DNA of 64,000 nt from Chloropicon primus (GCA_023205875.1 CP060770.1:372001-436000); one strand, 5' to 3'. Numbered from the stretch's first letter, positions 46,197-57,769 are shown. Program-made: numbers and translations. Notes: generated by a model from the letters alone, not told the origin.

Positions 46197-46424
46197 GTGC
46201 GGAGATCTTGTGCCGCGAGTCCTGAATCTCAGATTGGGAAGGTGGGGAGCGGCTTTGCGCCGGGGCTCTCGTGGTCCTGGCGCCTCCTGGGCCTCTCCTC
46301 TCCTCGACTCCACTCCGTGTGGTTTAGGGAACTAGAAAATAGTATATAAACCTATGCTCCAAATTGTATTTGAAGGAAAGATCAAAAAATAGTGACAACC
46401 ACGACGACGACGACGACGGTGGGC

Positions 46425-48572
46425 TCAGCTCCACGCCTCCACCTGGTACCTCTTGGTGCTCTCGAGCCTCTTCACGTACTCCTCCGCTTGGTTGTGCAGC
46501 ATGTGGTTGTGCTTCACCATGACGTTCACCACCGCGGCCCTCACGTCCTTGGGCATCTGCCCCGTGCTGCCGGCGACGTGGATCGTCGCGGACCTCAAGT
46601 GCAGCATGTCGAAGAACTCCTTGCTGCACGCGTCAATAGCGTCCTGGACATAAAATTTGTTCATCGTGCTGTACTCCGGGAGGGGCGGGCCGGCCGCCCT
46701 GGCGATCTTCGTCGTCTCCACGCCACCGCCCCCGTCGTTCGTGCGCTTCTCTCCGAACTGGTCCCTCGAAAATGCAGTGACGAATCCACCGGGAGCCGCG
46801 AACATGGTGCTGCCTTGGACACAAGTTTCCCAAAACTCCCGGTGAAGGTAGTCCATCTCCTTGCTCCTGCATCCAAAGAAGACCAAGAGCCTCGTCTCCT
46901 CGCCCACCTCCCTCTGAACATTCACGAGGTGGTCCACGACGGACTTGAAAGGTGCAATGCCGGTCCCCGGGCCGATCAAAATGGCGCAGTTGTTGTGGCC
47001 CTTCCTTCTGCCATCCGCCCCCGGTGCGCTTCCCGGGATGATTCCCAGGCTCAGGCTCCCCCTCTCGATCCAGACGGGTACTCTGGCGTTACGACCGTTC
47101 GCTTCCGTGTCCCTCAGGAACGTCGAGCACAGCCCACTGATGCTGCGTTTCCAAGGCGTCTTGAAGTGGACGACGGCAACCGTCAGCTCGCAGTCCTTGG
47201 CGCGGCGCCCAGACTCGCGTGCGCAGGCGGAACTGATCGAAAAGTGCCTTGGTTGGAGCTTGGGGCAGAGCTGGATGATCCAAGCGAGCGGCATGTCGAC
47301 GCTCGGAAAGTCTTGCAAACATTCCAGGAGACTCCTCCTCTCCCTCGTGCAATACTGGTAGAGCTCATCCCTTCCCTCCCTGCTGCTCAGCTCTTGAAGC
47401 TTCTCCCTCTCCAGCTCGTCCGATGGGGGCGTGAAGGTGGAGGCGACGTGAAAGAAGTAGCTCCTTGGGGTGGCACTCGTCGCATCAAGGCAGTAGTTGA
47501 ACAACGTCCCCAAGTGAATGGCTCTGTCGTGGGGAGGTGATCCCGAGTCCACTGCTTCACCGCACGCGTTGTTGCATCCCAGGACAATCCAGTCATCGTA
47601 CCTGTACCCAATCCTTTCGAAGAAAACGTCCATGAGGTCCCTCCGCTGGGAAGGCACGACCGCCAGCGAGTCCCCTGGGCAGAAGTCCATACCAGGGTCC
47701 AACTGAAATCGGATCGATCTCACATCCTGCGCGTTGCTAGTGGAAGTGAGCCTCTCATTCGCAGTGACCTCAGCAAAGCACGGCCTTTCCCTCGACCACC
47801 CCCCACCCCCCTCGCCCGTGCTGCCTCCCAGGCACTTGCAACTCAAGCCCTCTCGAAGCGCACTGAAACACAGCTCACTCTCCCGTACAACGTCGAAGCT
47901 TTCCAGCCTACGCGCAAGCACCGGGTGATCCACCCTACTCGTCACCAGCCTGCACTGATCCATCAAACGATCTTGGACCCCATCCGATGATCGATCCACA
48001 CCGACAGCAGCATTCCCTGGGCCGCAGACTTGCTCCAACTTGCTCAATAGGGCGTCCGTCCACTTATCCAGAGCCACAAAGTACCCCCCGCCGGCGTCCT
48101 GCTCGTCACCCAGTGAGTCCCTCAGCTCCACCAAAGGTTTTCCACCGAGATCTTCCAGCCTCTTGAACAACTTCCTGGCAGCTACGTTGTACTTTGGATA
48201 GCTCGAGTCTCCCAAACCAAACACACCGTACTTCATCCCATTCAAACTCGTCCTCAAGGGCAGACTCTTCCTCAACAAGTTTCGCCAAAACCTTTTCATG
48301 TTCTCTGGCACATCCCCTTGACCTGTCGTGCTCGTCACGAAGAACACCAACCGGCAAAGAGGAAGCGTCGCGATGTCGAACTCATCCATCGCATGGAGGC
48401 TAACCTTCCTCAAGCCAAGCTTCCCAGTGAACCTGTGACGTTCCAAGAGTCTCCACAAATCTTCTGCAACTTCCTCCGCGTTACCCGTCTGACTCCCGTA
48501 AAGAACCAACGCCTCCCATGATGCAGATGCCGGTACCGATGCCGATGCAGATGCCGACGGCGATGCGCTCAT
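46425..48572 (-). CDS. NDOR1: NADPH-dependent diflavin oxidoreductase 1 (TAH18/ATR3)
   Basis: LYGSQTGNAE, STTGQGD, FGLGDSSYPKYN, PRHFSISS, IGPGTGIAPF, FFGCR, C-terminal EAWS. Confidence 0.93.
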   Translation of the reverse strand: MSASPSASASASVPASASWEALVLYGSQTGNAEEVAEDLWRLLERHRFTGKLGLRKVSLHAMDEFDIATLPLCRLVFFVTSTTGQGDVPENMKRFWRNLLRKSLPLRTSLNGMKYGVFGLGDSSYPKYNVAARKLFKRLEDLGGKPLVELRDSLGDEQDAGGGYFVALDKWTDALLSKLEQVCGPGNAAVGVDRSSDGVQDRLMDQCRLVTSRVDHPVLARRLESFDVVRESELCFSALREGLSCKCLGGSTGEGGGGWSRERPCFAEVTANERLTSTSNAQDVRSIRFQLDPGMDFCPGDSLAVVPSQRRDLMDVFFERIGYRYDDWIVLGCNNACGEAVDSGSPPHDRAIHLGTLFNYCLDATSATPRSYFFHVASTFTPPSDELEREKLQELSSREGRDELYQYCTRERRSLLECLQDFPSVDMPLAWIIQLCPKLQPRHFSISSACARESGRRAKDCELTVAVVHFKTPWKRSISGLCSTFLRDTEANGRNARVPVWIERGSLSLGIIPGSAPGADGRRKGHNNCAILIGPGTGIAPFKSVVDHLVNVQREVGEETRLLVFFGCRSKEMDYLHREFWETCVQGSTMFAAPGGFVTAFSRDQFGEKRTNDGGGGVETTKIARAAGPPLPEYSTMNKFYVQDAIDACSKEFFDMLHLRSATIHVAGSTGQMPKDVRAAVVNVMVKHNHMLHNQAEEYVKRLESTKRYQVEAWS

Positions 48573-48970
48573 CGCTTCCTCTCTTGCTCTTCTGCTTCCT
48601 ACGCTCTCTGCCGGGAATAGGATCGGAACGAGGATCAAGTGTGATGAAGTTTGTGTTGCTTTTTTGGGGTTCTTCCCTTAAGTCGATGCGACCGTGTGAA
48701 TGGTCGACGGCAAGGTCTTGAGATGGTCTACCGTCCAGGTAGGACCCTCCTCGCTTTCTCTCTCCCTGCTTTGCTCTTGCTTCCTCTCTTTCCTCTGTCT
48801 CCTCTGTGCTCCTCCTCGAGGAGATTGAAGGATGATGCTGAGCAGAGCAGAGCAGAGGAGTGAAGTGAAGTGAAGTGTGACATGAGGAGGAGGAGGAGGA
48901 GGAGGAGGTGAGACAATCATCACAATGCATCTTTGTCACACACACACACACACACACACACTTTCACTCA

Positions 48971-49002
<32 letters not shown>

Positions 49003-49365
49003 GTCTGATGCTTTGCTCCTTGGCTTGTGCTGGACAAACAGGGAGAGAGAGAGAGAGGAAGAGGAGAGCCTAGGAGGGGGAAGACCTGGAGAATCATCCG
49101 CCTGGGATACATCTCCTTGTGACTCTCTCTCTCTCTCTTTCTCTCTCTCTCTTTTTGTGTGACGCTGTGATGGTAGGAGTGATGGAGGAGACTGACAAGT
49201 TCTGTAGAGAGACACGATTGATTCATTATGATACAATGACGGGCGGCCTACGTCTAATTGTGCTCTGCCTGAGGAACTGACCTCTGCTGGGAGCCTGATC
49301 GCTCTCCTCCTCTTTTCTCTCGGGCTCACCGCGATGGCCTCAGGCGCTCGCTGGGTCTGACGGTC

Positions 49366-50073
49366 TCACTCCACCATCGGTGTCTGCAAGGAGCTCCTAG
49401 ACGTTTCGCCTGTCTCGAAGTTCTCAATCTTTGGATAGGAAGTGTCCGAGAGATCATCGAGTCTGTTCTGGGACCACTTGAGGAGCTTGATCAAGTTCGG
49501 AAGCTTGGGTTCCTTCTCCTGACACTGCGCGTGCAATATCGCACTGTTCAGTTCGCTCGCCGCTTGCTGTCGTCTCTGGACGCCCAAGAGGTCCTTGACG
49601 GGGGACACGAGCGGATCTTCGAAGGCAAGGAGAGCCAAAGTCCTCTCGAGCTCCTCGAGGAAACCAGGGTTCTCTTCCCCAAGAGGCGCGAGGTATTCTT
49701 GCGCGAACAGCAAGGCCTTGTCCACTTCCTTCCGTCGGATCAACTCAATCAGCCTCTGCTGCTGCAGGTGGAAGAAAAGCTTCGAGTCGTGCTCGAGAAT
49801 CTCAGGATTCAGATCATTCACCCTATCGATAGCGTCCTCCACCTCACCCTTCTGCACCGCTCTCCGGATAAGCATACGGTCCTTGATGGTTTCCAAGTTC
49901 ACCTCCGTCGTCGTTCCGCTCTCCCTCTCGAACTCCCTCGCCGCATCCACGTAACCCTCCGTCACGAAGAAGTTCATGATCAGCCGGTTCATCCTTTCCT
50001 TCTTCACGCCGGCGAAACCTTCCTTGCTCGAGGTCGAGCTCCCTGGACCATCCTCCGACCAAAAGTCTTTCAT
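49366..50073 (-). CDS. GID8: CTLH/GID complex subunit GID8/TWA1 (LisH-CTLH-CRA)
   Basis: MNRLIMNFFVTEGYVDAA..F..ESG, LFFHLQQQRLIELIR, ELERTLALLAF, ASELNSAIL. Confidence 0.93.
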   Translation of the reverse strand: MKDFWSEDGPGSSTSSKEGFAGVKKERMNRLIMNFFVTEGYVDAAREFERESGTTTEVNLETIKDRMLIRRAVQKGEVEDAIDRVNDLNPEILEHDSKLFFHLQQQRLIELIRRKEVDKALLFAQEYLAPLGEENPGFLEELERTLALLAFEDPLVSPVKDLLGVQRRQQAASELNSAILHAQCQEKEPKLPNLIKLLKWSQNRLDDLSDTSYPKIENFETGETSRSSLQTPMVE

Positions 50074-50121
50074 CCTTTCTCCGTCTCGATTCCTCCCTCC
50101 AAACAAACAAAACACCAAGCA

Positions 50122-50671
50122 AGCGACCACTCAAACGAAAGATCTCGACACGTAGATCCTCCTCCCGCCGTTACCTCCTTCCCTCCCCCTCGTCCCCGCC
50201 GTCACTGGCCTCGACAAGGCACGCCACTCCACTCCTTCCTTCCTCCCTCCTCCTCCCGTAGGAGATTCCTCGACGACTCCGGACACCAAATGGGTCGAGC
50301 GACCACTCAAACGAAAGATCTCGACACGTAGGTCCTCCTCCTGCCGTTACCTCCTTCCCTCTTCGTCGTCCTCGTCCCTCCTCGTCGTCGCAAGAACCTC
50401 CCCTCTCTCCCTCTCCTCGACTGAGAACAAACACAAAGTGAAGGAGCACAAGGCGACGAGGACGAGGACGAGGACGGCGACGGCAACGAGGGACGAGGAC
50501 GAGGGAGAGGGAAGGAGGTAACGGCAGGAGGAGGACCTACGTGTCGAGATCTTTCGTTTGAGTGGTCGCTTGACCCATTTGGTGTCCGGAGTCGTCGAGG
50601 AATCTCCTACGGGAGGAGGAGGAAGGAGGAAGGAAGGAGTGGAGTGGCGTGCCTTGTCGAGGCCAGTGACG
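50122..50671. repeat. Long inverted repeat (arms about 50200-50380 and 50488-50671) plus a partial direct repeat at 176-bp spacing, between divergent GID8 and DOHH
   Basis: CGTCACTGGCCTCGACAAGGCACGCC...GGACACCAAATGGGTC...CGTTACCTCC is mirrored as its reverse complement. AGCGACCACTCAAACGAAAGATCTCGACACGTAG occurs at 50122 and 50298. Confidence 0.93.
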
Positions 50672-50789
50672 ACGACGACGACGGCGGCGGCGGTGGCGGC
50701 AGGAGCGGAGGATCGTAACGTTCGTAACGCTTCCCTCTTCCGTAACGTGTTTCGTAACGTGTGGGAGCAAGGAGCAACGAGGAAAGAAG

Positions 50790-51869
50790 ATGAGTTATGT
50801 TTTGGACCATCGTGTTGCGAATGGAGACAAGTTGATTGCGTTAGGGAAGCGGTTACTGGATGAGGAGGAGGTATTTGCCAAGCGGTACAGATGCTTGTTC
50901 GCTTTGATGAATGTGAAGCCAAGTGCGTTGACGAGAGAACCTCTGCTCCGTGCGTTGATGGAGAAGAAGCATGGAGCTCTGTTGAGGCATGAGGTGGCGT
51001 ATGTCTTGGGACAGATGCGGGATGGGAACGAGGAGGTGGTGGAGGGATTGAGGAAAGTGTTGAGGGACACTGAGGATGATGTCATGGTCAGGCATGAAGC
51101 GGCGGAGGCTCTGGGTGCGATTGGGATTCCACAAATGAAGCAGGTGCTCGAGGAACACCTCGAGGATGCATCCAGGGAAGGTGAGTGAGGTTGGATGGAC
51201 CAGCAAGGTTTCTGTGGAGGAGGATTGGTTCAGGGGGTAAGGACATGGATGCTGACTCGTGCTCTTTGGTTCTGGTTTTGGTTTTTTTGATTCTGTTGTG
51301 GATAAAAAGTTGCGGAGACGTGCGAGTTGGCGTTGAGAAGGATCGTCGACGAGCAGAAAAGGAAGGTGGAGGAGAAAGCGGAGGGAGGTGAGAGCGTGTT
51401 CAACACCGTTGATCCCACGCTGGTTTCCGAGGAAGTCCAGAACACCGATGCCGAGAAGCTCGAGGCTCTTGCCTTGGATGAGAGCGCCAATATGCATGAC
51501 AGGTACGAGGCTATCTTCGCCGTGAGGAACAAGGGAGGGAAGCAGGCGGTGGACCTCATGGCCAAGTGCCTGGAGCAGTCCAAGTCGGCCTTGCTGAAGC
51601 ACGAGGTGGCTTTCGTTCTGGGCCAGTTGCAGAATACCGAGGCGACGGACGTTCTCATCAAAATTCTGAGGGACGAGAGAGAGCACCCCATGGTGAGACA
51701 CGAAGCGGCCGAGGCCCTTGGCTCCGTAGCGGAGAAGAACAAAGACGTCTTGAAACTTTTGGAGGATTATTGCGGGAACGAGTGCCTCCCCGTGGCACAG
51801 TCTTGCATGGTGGCCCTGGACATGCTGGAGAACCAAGAAGACTTTGAGTATTGCGAGGCGCTCAACTGA
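50790..51869 (+). CDS. DOHH: Deoxyhypusine hydroxylase. Exons 50790-51180, 51310-51869
   Basis: Four HE motifs (LLRHEVAYVLGQ, MVRHEAAEALG, LLKHEVAFVLGQ, MVRHEAAEALG); splicing restores REVAETCELAL. Confidence 0.96.
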
Positions 51870-51968
51870 GCAAGCAAGGCAAAGCAAAAGAGAAGAGAAG
51901 AGTTCGGGTTTTTTTTGTCTGTTTGTGTTTTTTGTAATCGTATGTATTGCCCCTATTATCGATGCTCC

Positions 51969-54812
51969 TCAGCTTCTGATCCGAAGTCTTCTAGGGTTCG
52001 CGTGAGCAATCGCCCTGTAGATGTATTGGGTGAGGTCAAAGGAATGGGAGTTGTGCCGCGGGACCGCGTCGTCAAAGTAATGGTACTTTGTGCCCATCAC
52101 GTCGGTGCCCGCACTCTCCTGGTAGGCCTCGAACCCATACAGGTCGACCCTCTCGCAGGCTTGCATGAGGAAGAGGATGGCATAAAACCCGCTCATTGGC
52201 TTTTCGCCAGGAAAGGTTCCCAAGTTCAGTTGCGTGAAACGCTTCTTGAAGTCCCCGTACCGCCGGTAAGCCCAAACCACAAACAATGGATTGTAAGGCA
52301 GAACAGCTTTGTCGGGCCACTGCGACCGTAACGTCAAAAAGTTGTTCTTCCACCACTTCTCCTTGTTCAAGTTCGAGTCCTTGGTTTTCTGCAAGATACC
52401 CGCAATGTCGAACATCTCAAAGAGGACCAAAGTGGTATCCTTCTTCCTCCACCTCCACCTGTTTCCCCCAGGGGCCAGACCCTGCTTCCCCTCTCCACCC
52501 GAGTCAATCGTCTCCACCAAAGCTTTCACCCAAGCACTGTTCAGGCTCTCGTGCGTTGTCCGGACACCCGTGTAGACCTCAAAGCCAGCCGTGGGAGCTT
52601 GATTGAACCGATACACCATGGTGTGGTTGTCGATCTCCTCCCCGTGGGGGTTGTGCAGCAACGAACCCGAGTTGCCGATGACCGCGCACGAATCCACCTT
52701 GGCCGACTTTGGGGACAAGTTCAAGTTCCTGAACAAGGCATTGTCGTTCTCGGGAAGCATATTGTACATGTGCCGGTTCATCTCATAGTAATCGCCCTGA
52801 AAGGTGCGGTTTCTTGTCGTCCCTTGGGGCAATTCGATGTAACCCGTGGTCCCCGAGCCACCGTTGCCGTCGCCCTTGTCGCTATTCTCCTCGTCCCAAA
52901 TGATGGTCTCCCTCCCCATCAGCAAGCTTCCGTTGTAGTTCAGGTTAATGCCTTTCATGACCTGTGAGGCCAAGGAAGGGGAGCCGAGCTCAAGCATGTC
53001 CCTCTCGCAAAACCGGCCCCCCCAAGTTTTCTCGCACCGGCAGCTGTTGCTCACCACGTCATCGCGCATTGTCCGAGTGTGCTCTGTGCACTGGAAGGGC
53101 GAGGAAGACTGAGAGGCACTAAGCCTGCACATCACTTCGTCGCACTTGCCATCATTCCCCCTCCTTTGCCCTGACAAGGCAGGGTGCTTCACTGGCTTTC
53201 CATCGTCCCTCACCCTCACCGGCGTCGTGGTGTTCACCAAATGGAGTGCGCCCAAAGCCATCAAGTAGCTCTTCTCCACCTCATGCTCCACCTTCTCTCC
53301 CGCAGTGAGCTCGGAATCGTCGAAGAAAGTTTGCCTGCACTTGGAGTGAAGCCCGCACCGAGGGAAGACGCCATAGATATCCACGTTCTCGCAAACTTGC
53401 AAGGCCATGGAGACGGCGTGGATCAAGCTACCAAGCTTCTCCGCCTTCACTCTCATGGCTTTCACGTCAGTGAGCTTGCTCAGGACCAACCGTCTCGAGA
53501 ACTCGTCGAACTGCTTCATGATGTGCAAGTCAAAAGCCCTGCTGAGCATCACGATGTTGGCCTCCGGATACAAGTACTTGAGCTGGACGTAATTGGACTG
53601 GCTTTGCGAAGCCCAGAGGACGACCGCCGCGGTATCAAGCCACCACCTTGCCACGTGTGGCACCCCCGAGCTCGCCATGTTGAGCAGTGCATTCGACCAC
53701 TTGGCGTCCAAAAGCTGGTAAGTCACCTTCTTGCCCACATCGGCGGAATACTTTGAGCCGCTCGGAGCGTTATCAATCCTGAACACGGCGCTGTGCTTGT
53801 CAATCGTGGAGCCCAGCTTGCTTCCCAGCAAGGACCCAGACTTTCCAACGACAGCACACGTGGCGTGACGTGTCTGCCAGTCCTCCTGCGGGAGAACTCG
53901 GGCCAGCTCGGGCAAAATGGCATGACTCGAAAGACTTATGTCAGGCCCAGCCTCGTTCCCGCTGTCCTCGTCCCCGTCGCCTGCCGCCCGCCTCGCGGCT
54001 CCCATGGTGACCTCCAGGTTGAACGGCGGAATCAGCTGCCCGGTGTGCATCTGTATCCCGTAAGCTTGGTGGTTCGGGACAACCTCAAGCGCCGGCTCCG
54101 CGTTCACCAGCCCCTTGAGAAGATCCTCCGTGTACGAGAACACGACCCCGCTGTTGGTCTGTACTATCGGTGCGACCTCCGCCTCTGATGCTGCTCCCTT
54201 CTCGCCATCCCCTGAGCAGATGCATGGCTGTACGGTGACTTCTAAGCCTGTCCCGCTTCCCACGGGGAGGAGGCACTTGAGTATGCCATCACTGACCCAG
54301 CGTGTCTCCCCGCAAGGGACGTCGCCGATCAATACATGCAGCTTCCTTCCTATCTGACGCTTGGAGTTGGTCAGAGCGCTAAACCCTCTCCCCCTAATGA
54401 TTGCTGCTATCCCTCCTGCCCTTGGAGCAAACCTTGGCTCGATGCTGTGGACTGTGATCACCGGAAGATCAATGTTACGATACTCCTGTGTGGCATCAAA
54501 CTCCACCTCCTTCCCTTCAAGGTCTCCATCATACCACAAGTCATCTGTCATTGAAGCTGCACTGGATGCTTCCCTTGGATCCTCCTGGCCATCAGAGACC
54601 TTGCTGGACACGATGTCGATGTTCTCATCGTGCTGGCTTCCTCCCTGCCTGCCTTCCTCCACTTGCACGAGGTGCAGGAGTTCTGCCTTCCTATGACTGA
54701 GGTCGTGGAGGACACTGTGAGGCACACGAGATATCACTGTCAAAGTGTACACAAACAGAAGGACAGAAAGGACACCTTTGGGTCTCAGAATCTGCTGAAG
54801 CATTCTCATCAC
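51969..54812 (-). CDS. Type II membrane protein with an IPT/TIG domain, two GT29 (sialyltransferase-like) domains and an EGF-like linker
   Basis: N-terminal TM; SIEP...P..GG..I.GRGF (IPT); sialylmotif L twice (CAVVGKSG, CAVIGNSG); motif S PMSGFYAI...C..V..YGF; HYFD. Confidence 0.85.
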   Translation of the reverse strand: MMRMLQQILRPKGVLSVLLFVYTLTVISRVPHSVLHDLSHRKAELLHLVQVEEGRQGGSQHDENIDIVSSKVSDGQEDPREASSAASMTDDLWYDGDLEGKEVEFDATQEYRNIDLPVITVHSIEPRFAPRAGGIAAIIRGRGFSALTNSKRQIGRKLHVLIGDVPCGETRWVSDGILKCLLPVGSGTGLEVTVQPCICSGDGEKGAASEAEVAPIVQTNSGVVFSYTEDLLKGLVNAEPALEVVPNHQAYGIQMHTGQLIPPFNLEVTMGAARRAAGDGDEDSGNEAGPDISLSSHAILPELARVLPQEDWQTRHATCAVVGKSGSLLGSKLGSTIDKHSAVFRIDNAPSGSKYSADVGKKVTYQLLDAKWSNALLNMASSGVPHVARWWLDTAAVVLWASQSQSNYVQLKYLYPEANIVMLSRAFDLHIMKQFDEFSRRLVLSKLTDVKAMRVKAEKLGSLIHAVSMALQVCENVDIYGVFPRCGLHSKCRQTFFDDSELTAGEKVEHEVEKSYLMALGALHLVNTTTPVRVRDDGKPVKHPALSGQRRGNDGKCDEVMCRLSASQSSSPFQCTEHTRTMRDDVVSNSCRCEKTWGGRFCERDMLELGSPSLASQVMKGINLNYNGSLLMGRETIIWDEENSDKGDGNGGSGTTGYIELPQGTTRNRTFQGDYYEMNRHMYNMLPENDNALFRNLNLSPKSAKVDSCAVIGNSGSLLHNPHGEEIDNHTMVYRFNQAPTAGFEVYTGVRTTHESLNSAWVKALVETIDSGGEGKQGLAPGGNRWRWRKKDTTLVLFEMFDIAGILQKTKDSNLNKEKWWKNNFLTLRSQWPDKAVLPYNPLFVVWAYRRYGDFKKRFTQLNLGTFPGEKPMSGFYAILFLMQACERVDLYGFEAYQESAGTDVMGTKYHYFDDAVPRHNSHSFDLTQYIYRAIAHANPRRLRIRS

Positions 54813-55429
54813 TTCACTTCACTTCACTTCACTCAACCCCTTCCCTTCCCCTTGTCCCTCAATCCATCCAACAGGAAGGACAGGAGCAAAACCAGGTGCT
54901 TGGGTTTGGGCAAAAACTCAAAGAGTTGTCCCAAAGATTGAATCTTTGTGGAGTCTTGTGAGCATAGGTCGGTCAATTCTGGTCGGGTTGTGCGAATCAA
55001 CCAAGGTGGTGCCGGCCTTGGCACACAAGTGTGCGATGCCTCATGACTTTCTGGACCTGACCCTTCCACTCTTGTTGAAGCTATGCTTTTGCTTTTTGCT
55101 TGTTCTGGAAGAGAAGAGAAGAGAAAGAGAAGTTTTCCTCCTCCTGCCTGGGATGGAGGATGGAGGATGGAGGAAGGGAAGCCTAATGTCGGGTGCAGGT
55201 GGTGATGCATTGCCTTGCCCCGTGATCCACCTCTGTCCGTCCCTTTGCCCTTGGTCTAGGAATCACGAGCGAGCTTCCCCTCAATCACACGTCACGTGGA
55301 GCCTTACGGAAGCGGGGACGGGGGAGGGCGAGCGCGTGCGGTGCCGGTAGGTGGGGACAGGACCAAGCCAAGGAGAAGAACTGTGTTACAATGCAGATCT
55401 CAAATGTAAAAAAATTTCTACGACAACGC

Positions 55430-56142
55430 TTAGCTAAAGACAGGAAGCTTGTTTCTCTTCCAAGCATCGAAGCCACCCCTAACGACGTAACAGGTAAGCT
55501 TGTGCTCCTGCGTCAGCATTTTCGCTATCGACTTTGCCCTCCCATCGTCGCTACTGTCGATCACAATGACGGGCTGCTTCTTGTTGCCGTTGATTCTCTT
55601 CAAGTCCGCAATCACGGTGGAAGTGGCCTTGGACATCATCAGATCCTTGTCCTTGGAGAGCTTCATGACGTCCGGCGTGAGCCAGTCTCTCGCGTACCCA
55701 ACGTCGAGGTAGCTCCTGCTCAGTCTCCTCGGGAGGTCAGGACTTCCACCAAACTTCTCGTTGTCCATCCTGACGTCGACTAGAGAGGCCTTTCCTCCCG
55801 TCTTCTCGATCATTTGCAGGGCATCCAGGGCGTTCAAGTTGCCCTTGTAGCCCTTGTTGAGAGAAAGGACAAAGGACAGAAAGCCAGGAGAGTACCACGT
55901 CGCGCCCGCGAGAGCCAAAAACCTCTTCCAGTCCCCAGCGACCACGGTGTTATCGAGGAAGTTGTACAAGCGGTTCAAGTCATTGACTCCCGAGTTCCAC
56001 TCGTCTATAAAGTAATCGTAATAGTAGTCGCCCCAAGCGTTGCGGAAGTACGCCTCCAGCACCGGCGCCTGCTCCTTCCAGTAGGGCTGAACCACCGACG
56101 TGTTCACTGCGCTCACGGAGAAAGACAGACAGACAGACAGAC

Positions 56143-56174
<32 letters not shown>

Positions 56175-56591
56175 TCCGCACGAGGACGGGACAGGAGATT
56201 GTGCTTCCGGAACACTGCCTGGCTCTTGCCCCCTGGTCCTGCTCTTACCTTGGTTGAGTCCATCGCCGAGCGCGCCCTTGACCTGCGTGAGTCCGTCAGC
56301 CACCTCGGCCTTGATGTATTCCTGGTCAATGCTGTTGACGTAGTCCGTGACCTCAGGAGGAATAAGATCTTTGGCCTGGTCTGCGATTGCGTTCACGTCC
56401 ACACTCTTCAGAGCCTCAATGGTGTCGGGGATAGCATCAGGGACAGGGATGTCCACGCCAGCGATGTTCAACGCCCGAGTCACCACCACCTCTCCCCTCC
56501 TGGCCCTGCTTCCTCTGCACGCCCTCGACCTCATCTGTCCCTTACCCACCGCGCATCTCGACCTCTCGCACACCTTCGCTTGACTCTGCAT
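55430..56591 (-). CDS. CAS: Thylakoid calcium-sensing receptor (CAS)-like rhodanese protein. Exons 56591-56249, 56106-55430
   Basis: Transit-like N-terminus, hydrophobic segment, KGYKGNL.A..AL, LVDVR, IADLKRI, YVVRGGF.AW...LP; in-frame GT-AG intron. Confidence 0.75.
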
Positions 56592-57083
56592 CCTTCAAAG
56601 AAGATTGATGTTGGTGACGATGCTGATGCTGATGCTGATGCTGATGAAGACAAAAACCTTTTGTCAAAAGAAACAACGAAGGTTTCGTTCCAGTTTCCCG
56701 TCCAGCAATAACGAATGAGGACGTTAACTCTTGTCTGAGCGTTACAACTCGCCGCCCCCTCGCCTCGAATCACGAATCCTCCCGTGACTCGCCACACAAA
56801 ACTAGTCATGCAGTGAAGGAAACACAAAACAAAAAAGGGTATCAGTCTCGTTTGTTGTCCATCTTTCGTCATTCCTCACGATGTTGGTGTCATTCGAAAG
56901 AGGACGAGACGCTCTTTCCATCGGTATGCCTCACTTGCGTCTTCCTTCCCGTCCCTTGTCCCTGTTTGTGGACGAACGTACCTCAATCGTCGCCTTGTGG
57001 ATGAAATCTTTGTCGGCGTTGATGAATGGATAACGAGTAGAAATCCCTTTTCAGTGAATCGACCAATGAGAAGGCGAGCAGCA

Positions 57084-57769
57084 GAGCAGCAGCAGGGAGG
57101 GGACAGATGATGGTAGGGAGATGGAGGCTCCGGCATCAGCAATAGGATCAACAATAGGATCAGCATCAGCACCTTGACTAGAAGCAAGACCAGCACCTTG
57201 GGCAGCAGCAGCAGGGAGGGGACAGATGATGGTAGGGAGATGGAGGACTCCGGCATCAGCAATAGGATCAACAATAGGATCAGCATCAGCACCTTGACTA
57301 GAAGCAAGACCAGCACCTTGGGCAGCAGCAGCAGGGAGGGGACAGATGATGGTAGGGAGATGGAGGCTCCGGCATCAGCAATAGGATCAACACTGGGATC
57401 AGCATCAGCACCTTGACTAGAAGCAAGACCAGCACCTTGGGCAGCAGCAGCAGGGAGGGGACAGGTGATGGTAGGGAGATGGAGGCTCCGGCATCAGCAA
57501 TAGGATCAACACTGGGATCAGCATCAGCACCTTGACTAGAAGCAAGACCAGCACCTTGGGCAGCAGCAGCAGGGAGGGGATAGATGATGGTAGGGAGATG
57601 GAGGCTCCGGCATCAGCAATAGGATCAACACTGGGATCAGCATCAGCACCTTGACTAGAAGCAAGACCAGCACCTTGGGCAGCAGCAGCAGGGAGGGGAC
57701 AGATGATGGTAGGGAGATGGAGGACTCCGGCATCAGCAATAGGATCAACACGGGGATCAGCACCTTGGG
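57084..57769. repeat. Tandem satellite-like array of 119/120-bp units (about 5.7 copies)
   Basis: (C/T)AGATGATGGTAGGGAGATGG-type anchor at 57104, 57223, 57343, 57462, 57581, 57700, with few substitutions. Confidence 0.96.

Noticed and set aside
57084..57769. CRISPR-like or coding interpretation of the 119-bp array
   Set aside because: No unique spacers, eukaryotic context, no cas genes, and unit lengths that break the frame.
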